20,000 bases of DNA from Catajapyx aquilonaris (Eukaryota): assembly GCA_000934665.2 (NCBI GenBank), contig KZ538432.1, positions 50,840 through 70,839 of the forward strand, in the 5' to 3' direction. The notes under the pieces were generated by a model. It saw only the letters and a list, made by a program, of their open reading frames with translations, did no database searches and was not told the origin of the DNA. Below are positions 9,347 to 20,000 of this stretch, in pieces. Every line of letters starts with the position of its first letter. The first letter of the stretch is position 1. The position numbers and the translations under genes were made by a program.

Positions 9347-10842
9347 ATGTAATTTAAATACTACAGTACATAATTAATATCAGGCAGCCATACCAGACAA
9401 TATACCAAATGTGGGCTCTGCTGTGAAGTGATCGATTGGAAATTTTTTGCAAAATATTAACTATTTTAATATAATTTAGCATGGATTAAACACCGCATTT
9501 GGTTGTTATTTATCTTCACGGCGTTAGTAGTCCTGCGGTGACAGAAGTATAGTGTTGTACTGTACTGTACAGTACGTTAACCTGGAGGGATATTCTGCAG
9601 ACCTTAAATAACACTATTGAAGAGGTGACAAATAATATCTAGCAATATTATGCATTAATTCATCAAAACTAGTTAGAGTATACGTTTCCTGCAGCATTTT
9701 CTAGAAACTATTTTTGAGCTTTTTTGAAAATGTAATGTAGGGAATTATAAAACGCTTTAATTTTTGGTCCATTGTTTTGTCCGTATAAGCAACGAGGTGA
9801 CAAAAAAATCTCGCAAAATATTGCACGGATTTCATCAGGCAAAGTCTGTTACACACCTTGGCACATTTCCACGGTACTGTTAGTTTTAGTTTTGAAATCC
9901 AATTTTACATCACATTATCGTCAGAAACTGTTATTTTTTATTTTTTTTACAAAATTAGGGGTTTACATCACATTATCGTCAGTTAAAGAGGACCTTCCCA
10001 TATATGGCCCGTCCCGCTGATTTAACAGTATCAGGAACATTAAATTATTCGTATAGTAGCAACAGAATTGGCTGTAAATGTCTCACTTGGAAGAAATACA
10101 CTTGCGAAATCCATATACTACGAGAAAATACTTCTGTATGGATTAGTCCATGGGTTACTCTTCATCTGATAGCTTCTGTCATAAAATATAAATCTTGACT
10201 CCCTTGATGATCAAAGTTTGGTTCATCGATAAAAATGCTTTGACGTTCGGTGCATTTTGTTCCCTTTCTCCCTTCAACTATACCTTTCATATGTGTGTGT
10301 GTTTTTCGTAGGCACTATATAATTACAGGTTCTTTCATAAGGTAGGGGACACCATTTTAAATCTGTCTCTCACCCAGGAATTCCACTGATTGGAGGGTGC
10401 GCTATATTGAGTCTGAAAATGTCTGTAATAAAAACAAAAACGTATAGCATTGCTCTGTGTGCCAGATGCCGGATTAAATACCTGTCCTGCAGCAACCATC
10501 CATGTCAGCAACTATTGGAATTCATGATGCGATTTTTTATGTAACCAATAATACTAAGAAGTCAATCCGGCGGATTTGATTAATACTGTGTCATACCAGA
10601 TTTCATATGCAATATCTTAATTCTTTAATTTAAAGATGAAGTGATGCCCAAATTAATGATCATTATTACCCGGAAGTGATGCAATAGAATACATGACAAT
10701 GTGTATACCATTACCGTGACTATAGAATATAAACTCACCTATAACGGTGAGGTGCTTGATATGGGCATATCGCCTTTAATTCAGAAGCAGAATCGCACTA
10801 CAAATTAAGTCAAACTATTGTGAATTATTTTGTTATATGCCT

Positions 10843-11069
10843 TGTGTCATCTGCCCAAGTTGACGATCCGAAGATGGTAGAGGGAGTTTATGGATTAGTT
10901 ATACCCACTCTGCTTTCTAATTCCACTCCAGACTCCAGACTCGAAACGAGGTTTGGGTCTTCCTTTACTTTTAAAAAAAGCCGCCGACTTCGTTTATATC
11001 GCCAGGGGCGATTAATCCATCAACCCACCTTCACACCAGCATCATCAACTTGGGCAGAGGAACACCCTG
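10843..11069. mobile_element. Degenerate Tc1/mariner-type MITE
   Basis: Inverted repeat TCTGCCCAAGTTGA(C/T)GAT at 10850-10867 and 11041-11058 (17/18). The right end finishes in CACCCTG|TA, like the 12879-13096 element; the left terminus is eroded. Confidence 0.55.
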
Positions 11070-11560
11070 TATATTGCAAAATGTTTAATGAAAACCCCTC
11101 TGAAACTAGCAAATTAAACATGATATTGCCTCATTACAAAAACAAATCAAATCAATAATAGAATCCTTTGTCTGATATAAATGTTGTTTGTGAATGCGCA
11201 ACACTGTGTATTGTATTTGTACACTAAACCCGACAAAAATTTAGTTTCACTCAGTGCTTTTTCGCATCCAACTTGCCACTGTTGAGCGGTCCCGCTGATT
11301 AGTCGCCTGACCACGCACAAATCAGGGTGACACTGAACCACTCAAAAAAATAATTCGGTTAGTAGCCAGTAATGCTGTGCCCTACACGTTCACAGACACC
11401 GTGGGACAGGCTCAACAGTGCTATAGCATAGCATGACATTGCAAAGGCAATCCTGGTCAAACGTGCTATCTGGTGCTATCTGTTTCAAAAGCAAGAAAGG
11501 TAACTCCCACCAGGTATGATGCACAGGTGAACAATCCTATCTGACGCCATTGTACTATCA

Positions 11561-11668
11561 GTCCAACAAGAATTGTCGCAGCGGCAGCGCACGAACTACA
11601 ATCTACGAGCACAGGTATACGAGAGACTGTAGTTCGTGCGCTGCCGCTTGCGACAATTCTTGTTGGAC
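11561..11668. mobile_element. 108-bp fold-back palindrome (MITE-like)
   Basis: Arms of 40/41 bp (GTCCAACAAGAATTGTCGCA(A)GCGGCAGCGCACGAACTACA) are perfectly complementary apart from one indel, with a 27-bp spacer. The TSD is not clear. Confidence 0.75.
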
Positions 11669-11945
11669 ACCAGGTACAGGGTGATCCGAAATACTTGTCT
11701 ACTAATTGATTTGCACTATGCTGCTTATTTTTAGCATAGTTTCTTTTAATAGGTATTAGCTACCAATATTCTTCTTAAAACCTGCAATTAGGAAATAAAC
11801 AAGTCTATGTTTAGCTGGATTTTCCAGTGTCTTAACCAACTGAATAGCAATTTATAACAGTTACACGAGAGTTTCGTGAACACCTGGGAATTTCTATCTT
11901 GTTGTACTGTCAGGCATCACCCTCCCATGCCGTCGGGGTAAGAGC

Positions 11946-12235
11946 ATTCACTTATTTATTCACTTATCGCTCTGACCTATAACGCCCAAGGGTCGTTCCA
12001 GGCAGGAACATGCACCGCACATGTATCAGCTTCGTATGAATAAAATCGGACGGGACAAATCCGGGTCCAATTGTGCCGGTTGGAATAGACGCGCCCCAAG
12101 GGCCCTCATAAATCCGGCCGTAATATGACCCAAGCTAGCAGCCAGTCTCAAATATAACGCCACCTGGTTTGGCTCGTAAAAGGGATAAGTAAGTGTAAGG
12201 CTCATTCGCCCAGCTCCAGATAGCCACCCGAACAT
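11946..12235 (-). mobile_element. Possible 3' remnant of a non-LTR retrotransposon
   Basis: On the minus strand an ORF ends ..SLGHI..ARLF..ILFIRS*, followed by a short UTR with a GACC..GGTC stem and an A-rich repeated tail (ATAAGTGAAT x2). No RT motif or TSD was seen. Confidence 0.22.
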
Positions 12236-12878
12236 AGCCCCACATGGCCTCCTTTGTTCTCAATTGGTATTAAGCTGCCGAGGAGGGAGTCGTTTAGGCG
12301 GCCATAATTAACGCTGTTCCCGTTAATAACAACGTTAAGGACTTGGAATTTTCACCGTGTCCAGCTGTTTATAATGAGAGTGATGACCACTACTGTTTGC
12401 ACCAGTGGACTATTGCAGTTGATTACCTGCGGAAAGGGGGAGGAAAAAAGACTGGGTGGCGAATTAATTCCAGCGTGGATATATTGCATTTCTGCACATG
12501 TCATTCCAAAAGGCTGCATATGCCTCATGTGACATGTGCTATTAATGCCCTTCATGGGCACGCTATGTGATATTGTTCGGCGACTGGAAAATAACCACAT
12601 TTGCCATTTTTCTGCCAGAGAAATTGTGAGGATGTTTTTTTTTATCACGGTCGACCGCCGGATGTTACCCATCAAATTGCTAATTACGACTTGAATAGCT
12701 GCAAAACACGTAAGCCTATATAACGTCCATTTAAAACAAGCACATTGTCCCGCGTATGCGGACTGGACATTTTCTGCCAGTTATGGTGACTAAAAAAATT
12801 AATAGTGGAACACTTCCAATTTGTCATCAAAAATTATCAGCTTCTGTATATGTGAATTTTTGGTTGAATTTGGTTATA

Positions 12879-13096
12879 CAGGGAGGTGTTCCAAATTCGT
12901 GGGTCGTTTTTAAATAACTGATATCGCCCGATAATAATTATTTTTGTACCTTTTTGTGCCCCTAATCAGTGTCCCCATTCTATAGCAACTGCTATATTCG
13001 ACACCCTGGGAGTAATTGAACACCTGGTTAGGTGCACTAATAACTACTATGGGTCGATATCAGTTATAAAAAAACACCAATTTGGAGGACACCCTG
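12879..13096. mobile_element. 218-bp Tc1/mariner-type MITE
   Basis: TA|CAGGG....CACCCTG|TA with long imperfect TIRs (shared CCAAATT and ATAACTGATATCG blocks) and TA on both sides. Confidence 0.8.
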
Positions 13097-13166
13097 TATA
13101 ATAAGTTGAGCGAATTACTTGAGACATTCTGTACTGTATCAAGCTGAAAACTCTTCATCCAATCAT

Positions 13167-13865
13167 TTAAAAATATTCCTGTCGTCCCAGCCAGCTATAT
13201 GATGTTGAAACTAAGTTCCCAATGTACTTTCCCAATCCCTGCAGTCTGCAGAACTTGATTGTGACAAAACCTCTCTTCTCAACCTCATCTACGTTACCAT
13301 AAAATGACAAATTGTCACCAGCCGTCTTTTCCACTATATAATCCACTAAAGGAACAGGTGCTCCGTTTTTCTGCCATCTAACTATATATACCCTCGAGCC
13401 TCGACAGGTGAAACTAATCGACCCGGACATGCCTGGTAGCCCAAAAATCCCAGCAAAAAACCAGTCCCATCGATAAGTAACGTCTGCTCGTAGCCTACCA
13501 CACCCCAGCAGAACAGTGGTGTCCGTTGCACTTTGCGCCAACGACTGACATCCACGTAGCAGACGGCATGCCGAATATTTGCCCGGATGAAAGGCGGTAC
13601 GACGACATGCAAAACACACATACTGCTTGTGTTTGCGAGTGCCGGAGGAGGAGGTAGATGGAACCAAGGCAGCCGAGCAGAATTGCTTCTGAACTGGCTG
13701 GGGTCGCACAAGTGCGTCCTGGCGTGAGGGAACCCGCCGCGATAGACTAATCCCAGCTTCAAATGCCTGTGCCTGATTAACCCCGGAATTTGTGTAATTG
13801 TGAAATGAAGGAGCCCGGAAGCCGACAGACAGCTTCTGGCTCTGCTCCCGAAACAACAGCGGCAC
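13167..13865 (-). mobile_element. Possible decayed Ty3/gypsy gag-protease region (longest ORF in the window)
   Basis: A GC-richer block. One frame has a knuckle-like CFACRRTAFHPGKYSAC, and an overlapping frame has VVGYEQTLLIDGTG, similar to an aspartic protease LID(T/S)G, followed by LQGLGKY. The spacing is non-canonical, and no LTRs or RT were found. Confidence 0.3.
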
Positions 13866-13988
13866 CCCTGCTAGGATTACAACTTGCGGGGGGTGGAGAG
13901 CTAGCGGAGTTACTCAAATTCTTTTATATCATTCTAGGAATGAGAAAACTGTTCCAGACTACAAATGGAAGCAGAAATACTAATATCC

Positions 13989-14695
13989 TTTTCAGACTTT
14001 CTCGTCGAAAAATGTATTATAGAACGGCTATGTCCGTCCGTCCGTCTGTGAGCCTAAACCGCAGGAGAGAGCGACAAATGGTTTTCGGATTCGGATTCAG
14101 CGGATCCCAAATAGGTTTATGGTCAACTTTCGGTGACCGGTCACTTCCAGTTTTCCGGGTTCACTCTATCCGACAAGGCCAAGTCTACACTATATGAATT
14201 AATTTTCTTGGATTTCTTGGGCACGTGTAAGACGTATGTGAAGTTGGCTCACCACCTACGACAGATGCGCAAGAAAAGTAGTGACCCGGAAGGGAGGGGG
14301 CATGACCCCGATGACCCAAGTCAATTTGACCTTTGACCCCTCATACAACCCGAGATATCGAGGGTCAAAGATTGGTGAGCCAACTTCACGCTGGCTCACC
14401 ACCTACGACAAATGCGCAAGAAACGTCGTGACCTGGAAGGGGGGGGGCATGACTCCAGTCAATTTGACCTTTGACCCCTCATAAAACCCGAGATATTGAG
14501 GGTCAAAGTATGGACGTGTGTGAAGTTGGCTCACCAATCTTTGACCCTCGATATCTCGGGTTGTATGAGGGGTCAAAGGTCAAACTGACTTGGGTCATCG
14601 GGGTCATGCCCCCCCCCCCCCCTTCCGGGCAGTTACTCTTGCAACGTAACTTTCCGAGGCTGCGAGTATTAGATTCCGCGGGCCCATGCTTTTTA
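13989..14695 (+). mobile_element. Helentron/DINE-1-like non-autonomous element with internal direct and inverted repeats
   Basis: It begins at a T-run, has a (GTCC)n-GTCTGT microsatellite at about 14032-14049 (a DINE-1/HINE hallmark), and then TGACCTTTGACC-containing repeat units. The 3' subTIR was not confirmed, so the boundaries are approximate. Confidence 0.5.
14231..14629. repeat. Three-unit repeat: A (14238-14389), direct copy B (14392-14508), inverted copy C (14520-14629)
   Basis: 14285-14389 and 14520-14629 are reverse complements over about 105 bp (one substitution plus differences in the G/C run). B is a diverged direct copy of A. Confidence 0.95.
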
Positions 14696-15177
14696 GCTCC
14701 TCGTCCGGCACACAGTATATCTCACAGTAGCCTATAGTGACAGTATATGGTACTGTCAGAATAATTTTTCGTCAGAAGCAGTCAGTGGCAATTTTATGGC
14801 ACGGTTATCGGGTGTTTGGTCCAGCAGTATGAGTGTGGAACTAATGACTCATTGGCTTTAGGGGGTTTGCTTGAAAAACGTTCCATTCCCAATAATTGTT
14901 GCAGCTCCGGGGGTAAGTTCGAGTTGCCACGAGCCAAAAATTTTCCCGCAATTGACTGCTTTTAACGTCACCAGTTAGTTCTGTAAATTGAGCAATTCAA
15001 AATTTTGTTATGCATATCGGAATTTTCAAATAGGTAAGACAAAAAATACCGATGTCGCAGATCAACAGAAAAGCTCCAGCATCAATAAACAATAAATTCC
15101 AGCCACCCAAGCCATGGGGAAGAAACACGCGTCTTTCCGAACAGCAGTGTCACGTTCTTTTAAATGCCATATTTTGT

Positions 15178-15467
15178 TTTTTTGTTTTTTAATGTATATT
15201 ATTTATATTACCCCATTGGGGGAATCGGCGCTCCATTAGGGGGGAGGAATACCACCATTTTACCTCTCGATTTTTCTGAAATTTCTTCACAGATGGATGG
15301 GGCCACATAGGGAAGGAAGGAAGCGGCTGTGGGCTTATTGTAGGAAGCGACCCTGGAATTTATCCTGGGAAACCACAGAAAACCACCGTCAGGATCGCCG
15401 GCCCCGGGAATCGAACCCAGGACCTCCCGATTATCAGTCGGACACCACTACACCAACCTGCTTCTGT
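15178..15467 (-). mobile_element. tRNA-derived SINE, copy 2
   Basis: A box TGGTGTAGTGG (15455-15445), B box GGTTCGATTCC (15417-15407), a body homologous to 7359-7649, an A-rich tail, and a candidate 9-bp TSD ATATTTTGT at 15169-15177 and 15468-15476. Confidence 0.88.
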
Positions 15468-16219
15468 ATATTTTGTATTTGATAATAGTGTTATCTCTTG
15501 CAGATCTCATCATCAAAATGCAAACAGGTATGTGGTAAGAATGGAAAGGTTTTGAGTGTGTAATATCAATTCATCATTCTGCTAAAACGGACTTGCATTG
15601 AGCTGTCTTCTCATTTACTTAAACTGGAGTCGTTGCTGTCAAAAAGTATTCCACTGCTTATGAATTGTGGGTAAATCGACCAGGTTCCGCCCCACTGTCT
15701 CAACCCCCATGGCTACCCTGTGACAACGGAACTTGACAAAAATACAGCCCCATGTTGAGAGGGAAAAATGTGAATAATCCCTGATGGAAGAGGGTTACAA
15801 AGAAAGGGTGCGTTGATCCGCGTCCGATGCCGACAAAAGCCAGTAGTGGAAGGCAGTTGGGCGCAGGACGGGCCGCCCATCACATGTGAATATGTTAATT
15901 ATAGTGGAGGCCAGCAGTGATGAATGGACGCTGACACCATAATGAATTGGGCTCCATTTGAAACGCGGTCTGGGCCTCTCTTTTTTTGGGAGCCGATGTG
16001 GGGGTGGGGATGGGGATGATTGCCTCAACCTGCTTTCTCTGCCAGCCACTCTAGGTCAAAAGCCTCAGCTCAACGACGGACAGAGTATCAAGCAGGCTGG
16101 AACTACAGGGTGGACCGTAGACTGGATGCCAACGAGTCAGTCATAATAACTCGATTGCAAAAATAGCAACATTTGTATCCACCAGCGATACGTCAATTGA
16201 CAGTTGAATATATACCAGT

Positions 16220-16220
<1 letters not shown>

Positions 16221-16258
<38 letters not shown>

Positions 16259-16548
16259 TTACCCCGTGCCACCCTTTTCAAGGTATTTGGGGGGGCTCCA
16301 CTCCCATACATATAACATCTATTTACAGGACGGGGGGGGGGGGGGAGAAAAAACTAATATTAACCCTGTAATGCCACTAATCTAAGTAATGCCCACTGGG
16401 TCATATCTGGCACACCATTTAGTGCAATTTTTGCAACTTTTGCAATTTTTATATTTTCTGTAAGTGTGCCAATTGCACTAAATGGTGTGCCAGATATGAC
16501 CCAAGGGGCATTACAGGGTTAAATGCACAAGTAAATAATAAATCGCTC
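16221..16548 (-). mobile_element. 5'-truncated retroposon (LINE/SINE 3' end) with a (TAAA)n tail
   Basis: (TTTA)n at 16219-16260 and a 14-bp direct repeat AATATATACCAGTT at 16207-16220 and 16549-16562 (TSD). Confidence 0.75.
16364..16518. mobile_element. 155-bp piggyBac-type MITE nested in the retroposon fragment
   Basis: TTAA|CCCTGTAATGCC....GGCATTACAGGG|TTAA, plus a perfect subterminal inverted repeat TGGGTCATATCTGGCACACCATTTAGTGCAATT. A TTAA TSD with CCC/GGG ends defines piggyBac. Confidence 0.9.
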
Positions 16549-17547
16549 AATATATACCAGTTATCAACATCCAGCACTCTCATATGTTTACCTACTAATA
16601 CTTTTACATCTGCAAATTGGAGGGTTGTGTTTTAAAACAACAGCGATAATCAGGATGGTTGTTAATATAGCAACAGCGGTAAATTATTTAACTCCATGCC
16701 ATAGGCCAACTAATGAAACGTACACTTGTCCAAAGTAGTAGTTATAGGATAATATCTTGTTAATGTGCAACATTTTTTACTCTCCAAAAAAACCCAATAA
16801 ATTAATCCACTGGTTTGTTAAATGGGGAATACCCGAATCTCTTTAAATTCATAGCCAAGCAATTTGCAAGGGTATATTCACCAGACCAATGACTGCATGT
16901 TCGCAACACTTATTTGCATTCATGAAATGCATTATTCCCAGCAGACTGCCGGAACTATTACATATTTCATTATCGAGTAGATTGATTTTGGCCATAGCAT
17001 GCCGAGGGACTGACCGAAAATGAAAGCGACTCGTTGGAGTATTAAAAGAAATCAAGTCACACAATCGCACAATGAAACACTGAGCGTGAACTCCAACAAG
17101 GTCCTCGAGGTTTTTTTCTTCTTCTTCTTTCCCTCCCTCAAGAGGTCCACATTTGGCTGGGACGGCTTTTTCCAGTCTTTTGCAGAGCTCTTCCTTGGGA
17201 TCTTACAAGTAGGGAATGGCTGAATGTCAGTAGCGAAGAAGCAGCCAATCTTTCTATAGGGACTGGACGAGATGAGATGGAACCTGCTTCAATCGCAGTC
17301 GCAGGGTCCTTTTCCCCTTAAAAACCCAGGATCGTCGCTCGTCCTCGATTCGCACTGCCTAACCTCGCCTAGAAATGGAAAAATCTGCATCGCCAGAGCC
17401 TGCTTGACAACACCTTTTTTTTTGTAGCTATGTAGCGCTATTTTTTCCTATAGACCTAGAATTTGCATAGTTGTGATTATTATTTTTTGTTTCATGTTAG
17501 AATATTGTTATTCAGATAGTCTACTGTTATGTAATTTTTGTGTTTAC

Positions 17548-17864
17548 TATGTATTGAGTAGGTACTGAATAATTATGTATCATGATTGTATGTATTGAGT
17601 AGGTAGGCTACTGAATAATTATGTACCATGATTGTATGTATTGAGTAAGGTACTGAATAATTATGTACCATGATTGTATGTATTGAGTAAGGTACTGAAT
17701 AATTATGTATGATACCATGATTGTATGTATTTAGTATACGTACCATGATTGTATGTATTGAGTATACGTATACCATGATTGTATATTGAGTATACGCACC
17801 ATGATTGTAAGTTATTGAGTATACGTACCGTGATTGTATGTATTGAGTATACGTACTGAGTATG
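17548..17864. repeat. Compound minisatellite: about 4 x 42-bp units, then about 5 x 28-bp units
   Basis: TATGTATTGAGTAAGGTACTGAATAATTATGTACCATGATTG switches to TATGTATTGAGTATACGTACCATGATTG. Confidence 0.93.
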
Positions 17865-19675
17865 TAGTAAAGAGCCTTTAAGGCCCATCATGAAGCACCA
17901 CATACAGTATAAGGAATAAATTTGTTGACCCTACAATGTAATGCTTACATTTTTTCCCATGCGCATCACGAACTAGCCATAATTGAAATTTCAGTAGCCT
18001 CAAGACGCAATTCAACAAAGCCTCATGACGCAGCACCAGAAAGAAAAAAAAATGCAAGAAAGCCACAAGGGAGAGAATTTCTTCCTCGGGATTACGGAAC
18101 GGAAGCACAAGGGGGGAAAAAACTAATTTTCTTTTCCCTGGTTTGATTCTGAAGACGACAGGATGGAAGAGCACCGGAGCGAAAGGCACCAGCTATGGGA
18201 GGAGGTTGCGAGGGCAGGAGATGGCGGAGAGGGCAGGGGTGGGTGAGTGGTTCAGAGAGGAGGTGGGGAGGGGGGGGGGGGTTACAACTAATGAAAGTCG
18301 CTCATGATTTATGAAGAAGAGGTAGTCTTGGAGGGTTTGGTGGGTGGGGTAGGTGGCTTTTGTGGCTTCTTATCAGGTTTGCCTGGGGATCATCCTGCAG
18401 GAAATTGCACTCATCAGACCTCACATGGCCAACCCGTTACTGAAAGCATGCTTACAAGTAGCCGGGAAGAATGGGAGAAAAGGATCATTATTGGTTAATG
18501 TAAGTATATCTGGAGGGTGAGCTTGGTTTTGAACAAATACGTAAGTAATTAGCTCAGTTTTTATACAGAGCTGCCTTAGCACAAGGCAGGTTGAGATAAT
18601 ATTCATTCTTATGTATAGAGGCAGGGGGACATTAACAATTTGGCATATTGTAGCTCGAATAAAAGTAGTCCCTTTAAACTTTTTTTTTTCTGGGCTTGAA
18701 TGTCAGCTTCAACCGCTAGGAAAGCGTGCACAGAAGCATGAAATTGTGCAAGTGCAAATGCACAGAAATATACGAGCTGTATCATAAAAACCATGTGGTG
18801 TCTGTCAGTGTGTCACGAGTTTTAGTCCAACTCTCCGAAGAGAGAGAAGGCTGGACGTTTGTATACAGTACGCACTCATTGCATGAATGATGTATATGTG
18901 CAACTAATTGTGGAAAACCATAAAAGGGAAAGCAGGAGTGATAGTGAGGGAAAGGAACACCGTAGTATTTCCCCTCATCTATCGTTAAGAATTATTAGGA
19001 GGGAGAAGGTGGTGGTGGTGGTGGTGGTGATAACGACAAAGCCAGGTCTGAACCAGTTCCGAGTTTTGCTGAAGCAATTCGTGAGTTAGAGTCCATCGGA
19101 GCGTTTTTGTAAGCTCGCGACTTCACCGAAAATTTCCAACCAAACATATAACAGTGAATAACCAAGCCTTCATTGTTCAGTTTAAGTACAAATGAATATG
19201 AATGATTTTTAAAAGGGTTATGCAGATATAGGACTAGGCAGTGGAAAAATAACATCGGTATGCTTGTTGGATGTCGAAAATATAGGCTAGGCAACAAATG
19301 TGATTTAAAAAAAAACAACCATTTCATATAAGCCCTTGCGTGTATCATTTCCCCTTATCCATATTTTTTTCCCCCAAGCGTCCCGACAAAACTAATTAAT
19401 CGAGGTTTCACTGTAATGCCGCGGCGACCGACGTCACCGGTTGGAGTTACTTAGGCGTATTAAGTACGAGTAATATAGACAGTGTCAAGTATAAGATTTT
19501 CCGTAATGTACTGTACGAGATACTGTACGTGTGTAATGGTACACTTACTATGCCCTTTAATAACATAATGCCATGTTCAAAATATGCTTAAGTCTTGCTA
19601 TAGATTTTATTTTGTGAATGCAGTAATCTCACACCGATTAGTCTACAGGGCGCCAAAATAATTCATGTTAAATAC

Positions 19676-19732
19676 CTGCGGTGTCATGATTCATAAACTA
19701 AGTCCGAGTGTATATGAATCATGATACCGCAG
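19676..19732. repeat. 57-nt hairpin, 20-bp stem and 17-nt loop
   Basis: CTGCGGTGTCATGATTCATA (19676-19695) pairs with TATGAATCATGATACCGCAG (19713-19732), with one G-T pair. Confidence 0.85.
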
Positions 19733-19865
19733 CCCGTCCGCAGGTTTTTGACTAAAATCAATGACGTTTAATTTCAGGATATCTTAACACACACACACCC
19801 ACTCTTGTCTTGACTAAGGCGTGGGGACGGACATTGATCACTTTTCACTGCGAGTGTAAACTGAT

Positions 19866-19929
19866 CTAACCTAACCTAACCTAACCTAACCTAACCTAAC
19901 CTTACCTTACCTAACCTACCCTACCCTAA
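19866..19929. repeat. (CCTAA)n = (TTAGG)n tract, interstitial
   Basis: 7 perfect CTAAC units followed by degenerate units. Non-repeat sequence continues to the window end. Confidence 0.92.
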
Positions 19930-20000
19930 GTAACCTAGGCTGAGAAAAATGGACTTTTGTGAAAACCTACAAATGAAAATAGTGGGGACATGTCCCCACT

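Noticed and set aside
9904..9982. 21-bp direct repeat TTTACATCACATTATCGTCAG, 58 bp apart
   Set aside because: Real, but most simply a small local duplication with no further structure.
10820..11158. 112-aa ORF
   Set aside because: It runs through a MITE and has no protein motif or splice support.
14133..14737. ORFs with repeated VNLTFDPS peptides; also ORFs at 9062-9247 and 17573-17903
   Set aside because: These are translations of non-coding repeats.
19393..19415. ATCGAGGTTTCACTG|TA pogo/Tigger-like right end
   Set aside because: No convincing left TIR was found, so the element cannot be delimited.
19866..19929. True chromosome telomere
   Set aside because: The tract is short and degenerate, with non-telomeric sequence on both sides.

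Overview
AT-rich, repeat-dense eukaryotic (animal) genomic DNA, probably arthropod (inferred from the (CCTAA)n tract, the SINE type and the transporter exon). There is no prokaryote-style gene content, and almost all ORFs in the supplied track look spurious. The one well-supported protein-coding feature is missed by that track: a 104-nt minus-strand internal exon (7078-7181) encoding WDLVCDRDFYPTLVLALFGLGSLVGSFFFGCLQE, from an SLC22 organic cation/carcinine-type transporter. I found no neighbouring exons, so the window is probably mostly two large introns. These contain two tRNA-derived SINEs, MITEs of the Harbinger (TAA), Tc1/mariner (TA) and piggyBac (TTAA) types, a Helitron-like element with a head-to-tail junction, a Helentron/DINE-like element with an internal inverted duplication, possible decayed transposase and gag fragments, and two minisatellites. 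The most intriguing but speculative signal is a decayed plus-strand gene (about 3.4-5.4 kb). It resembles a single-pass receptor with a tyrosine-motif tail, and the Helitron-like insertion appears to split its transmembrane segment. I cannot support a claim of a wholly new biological system.
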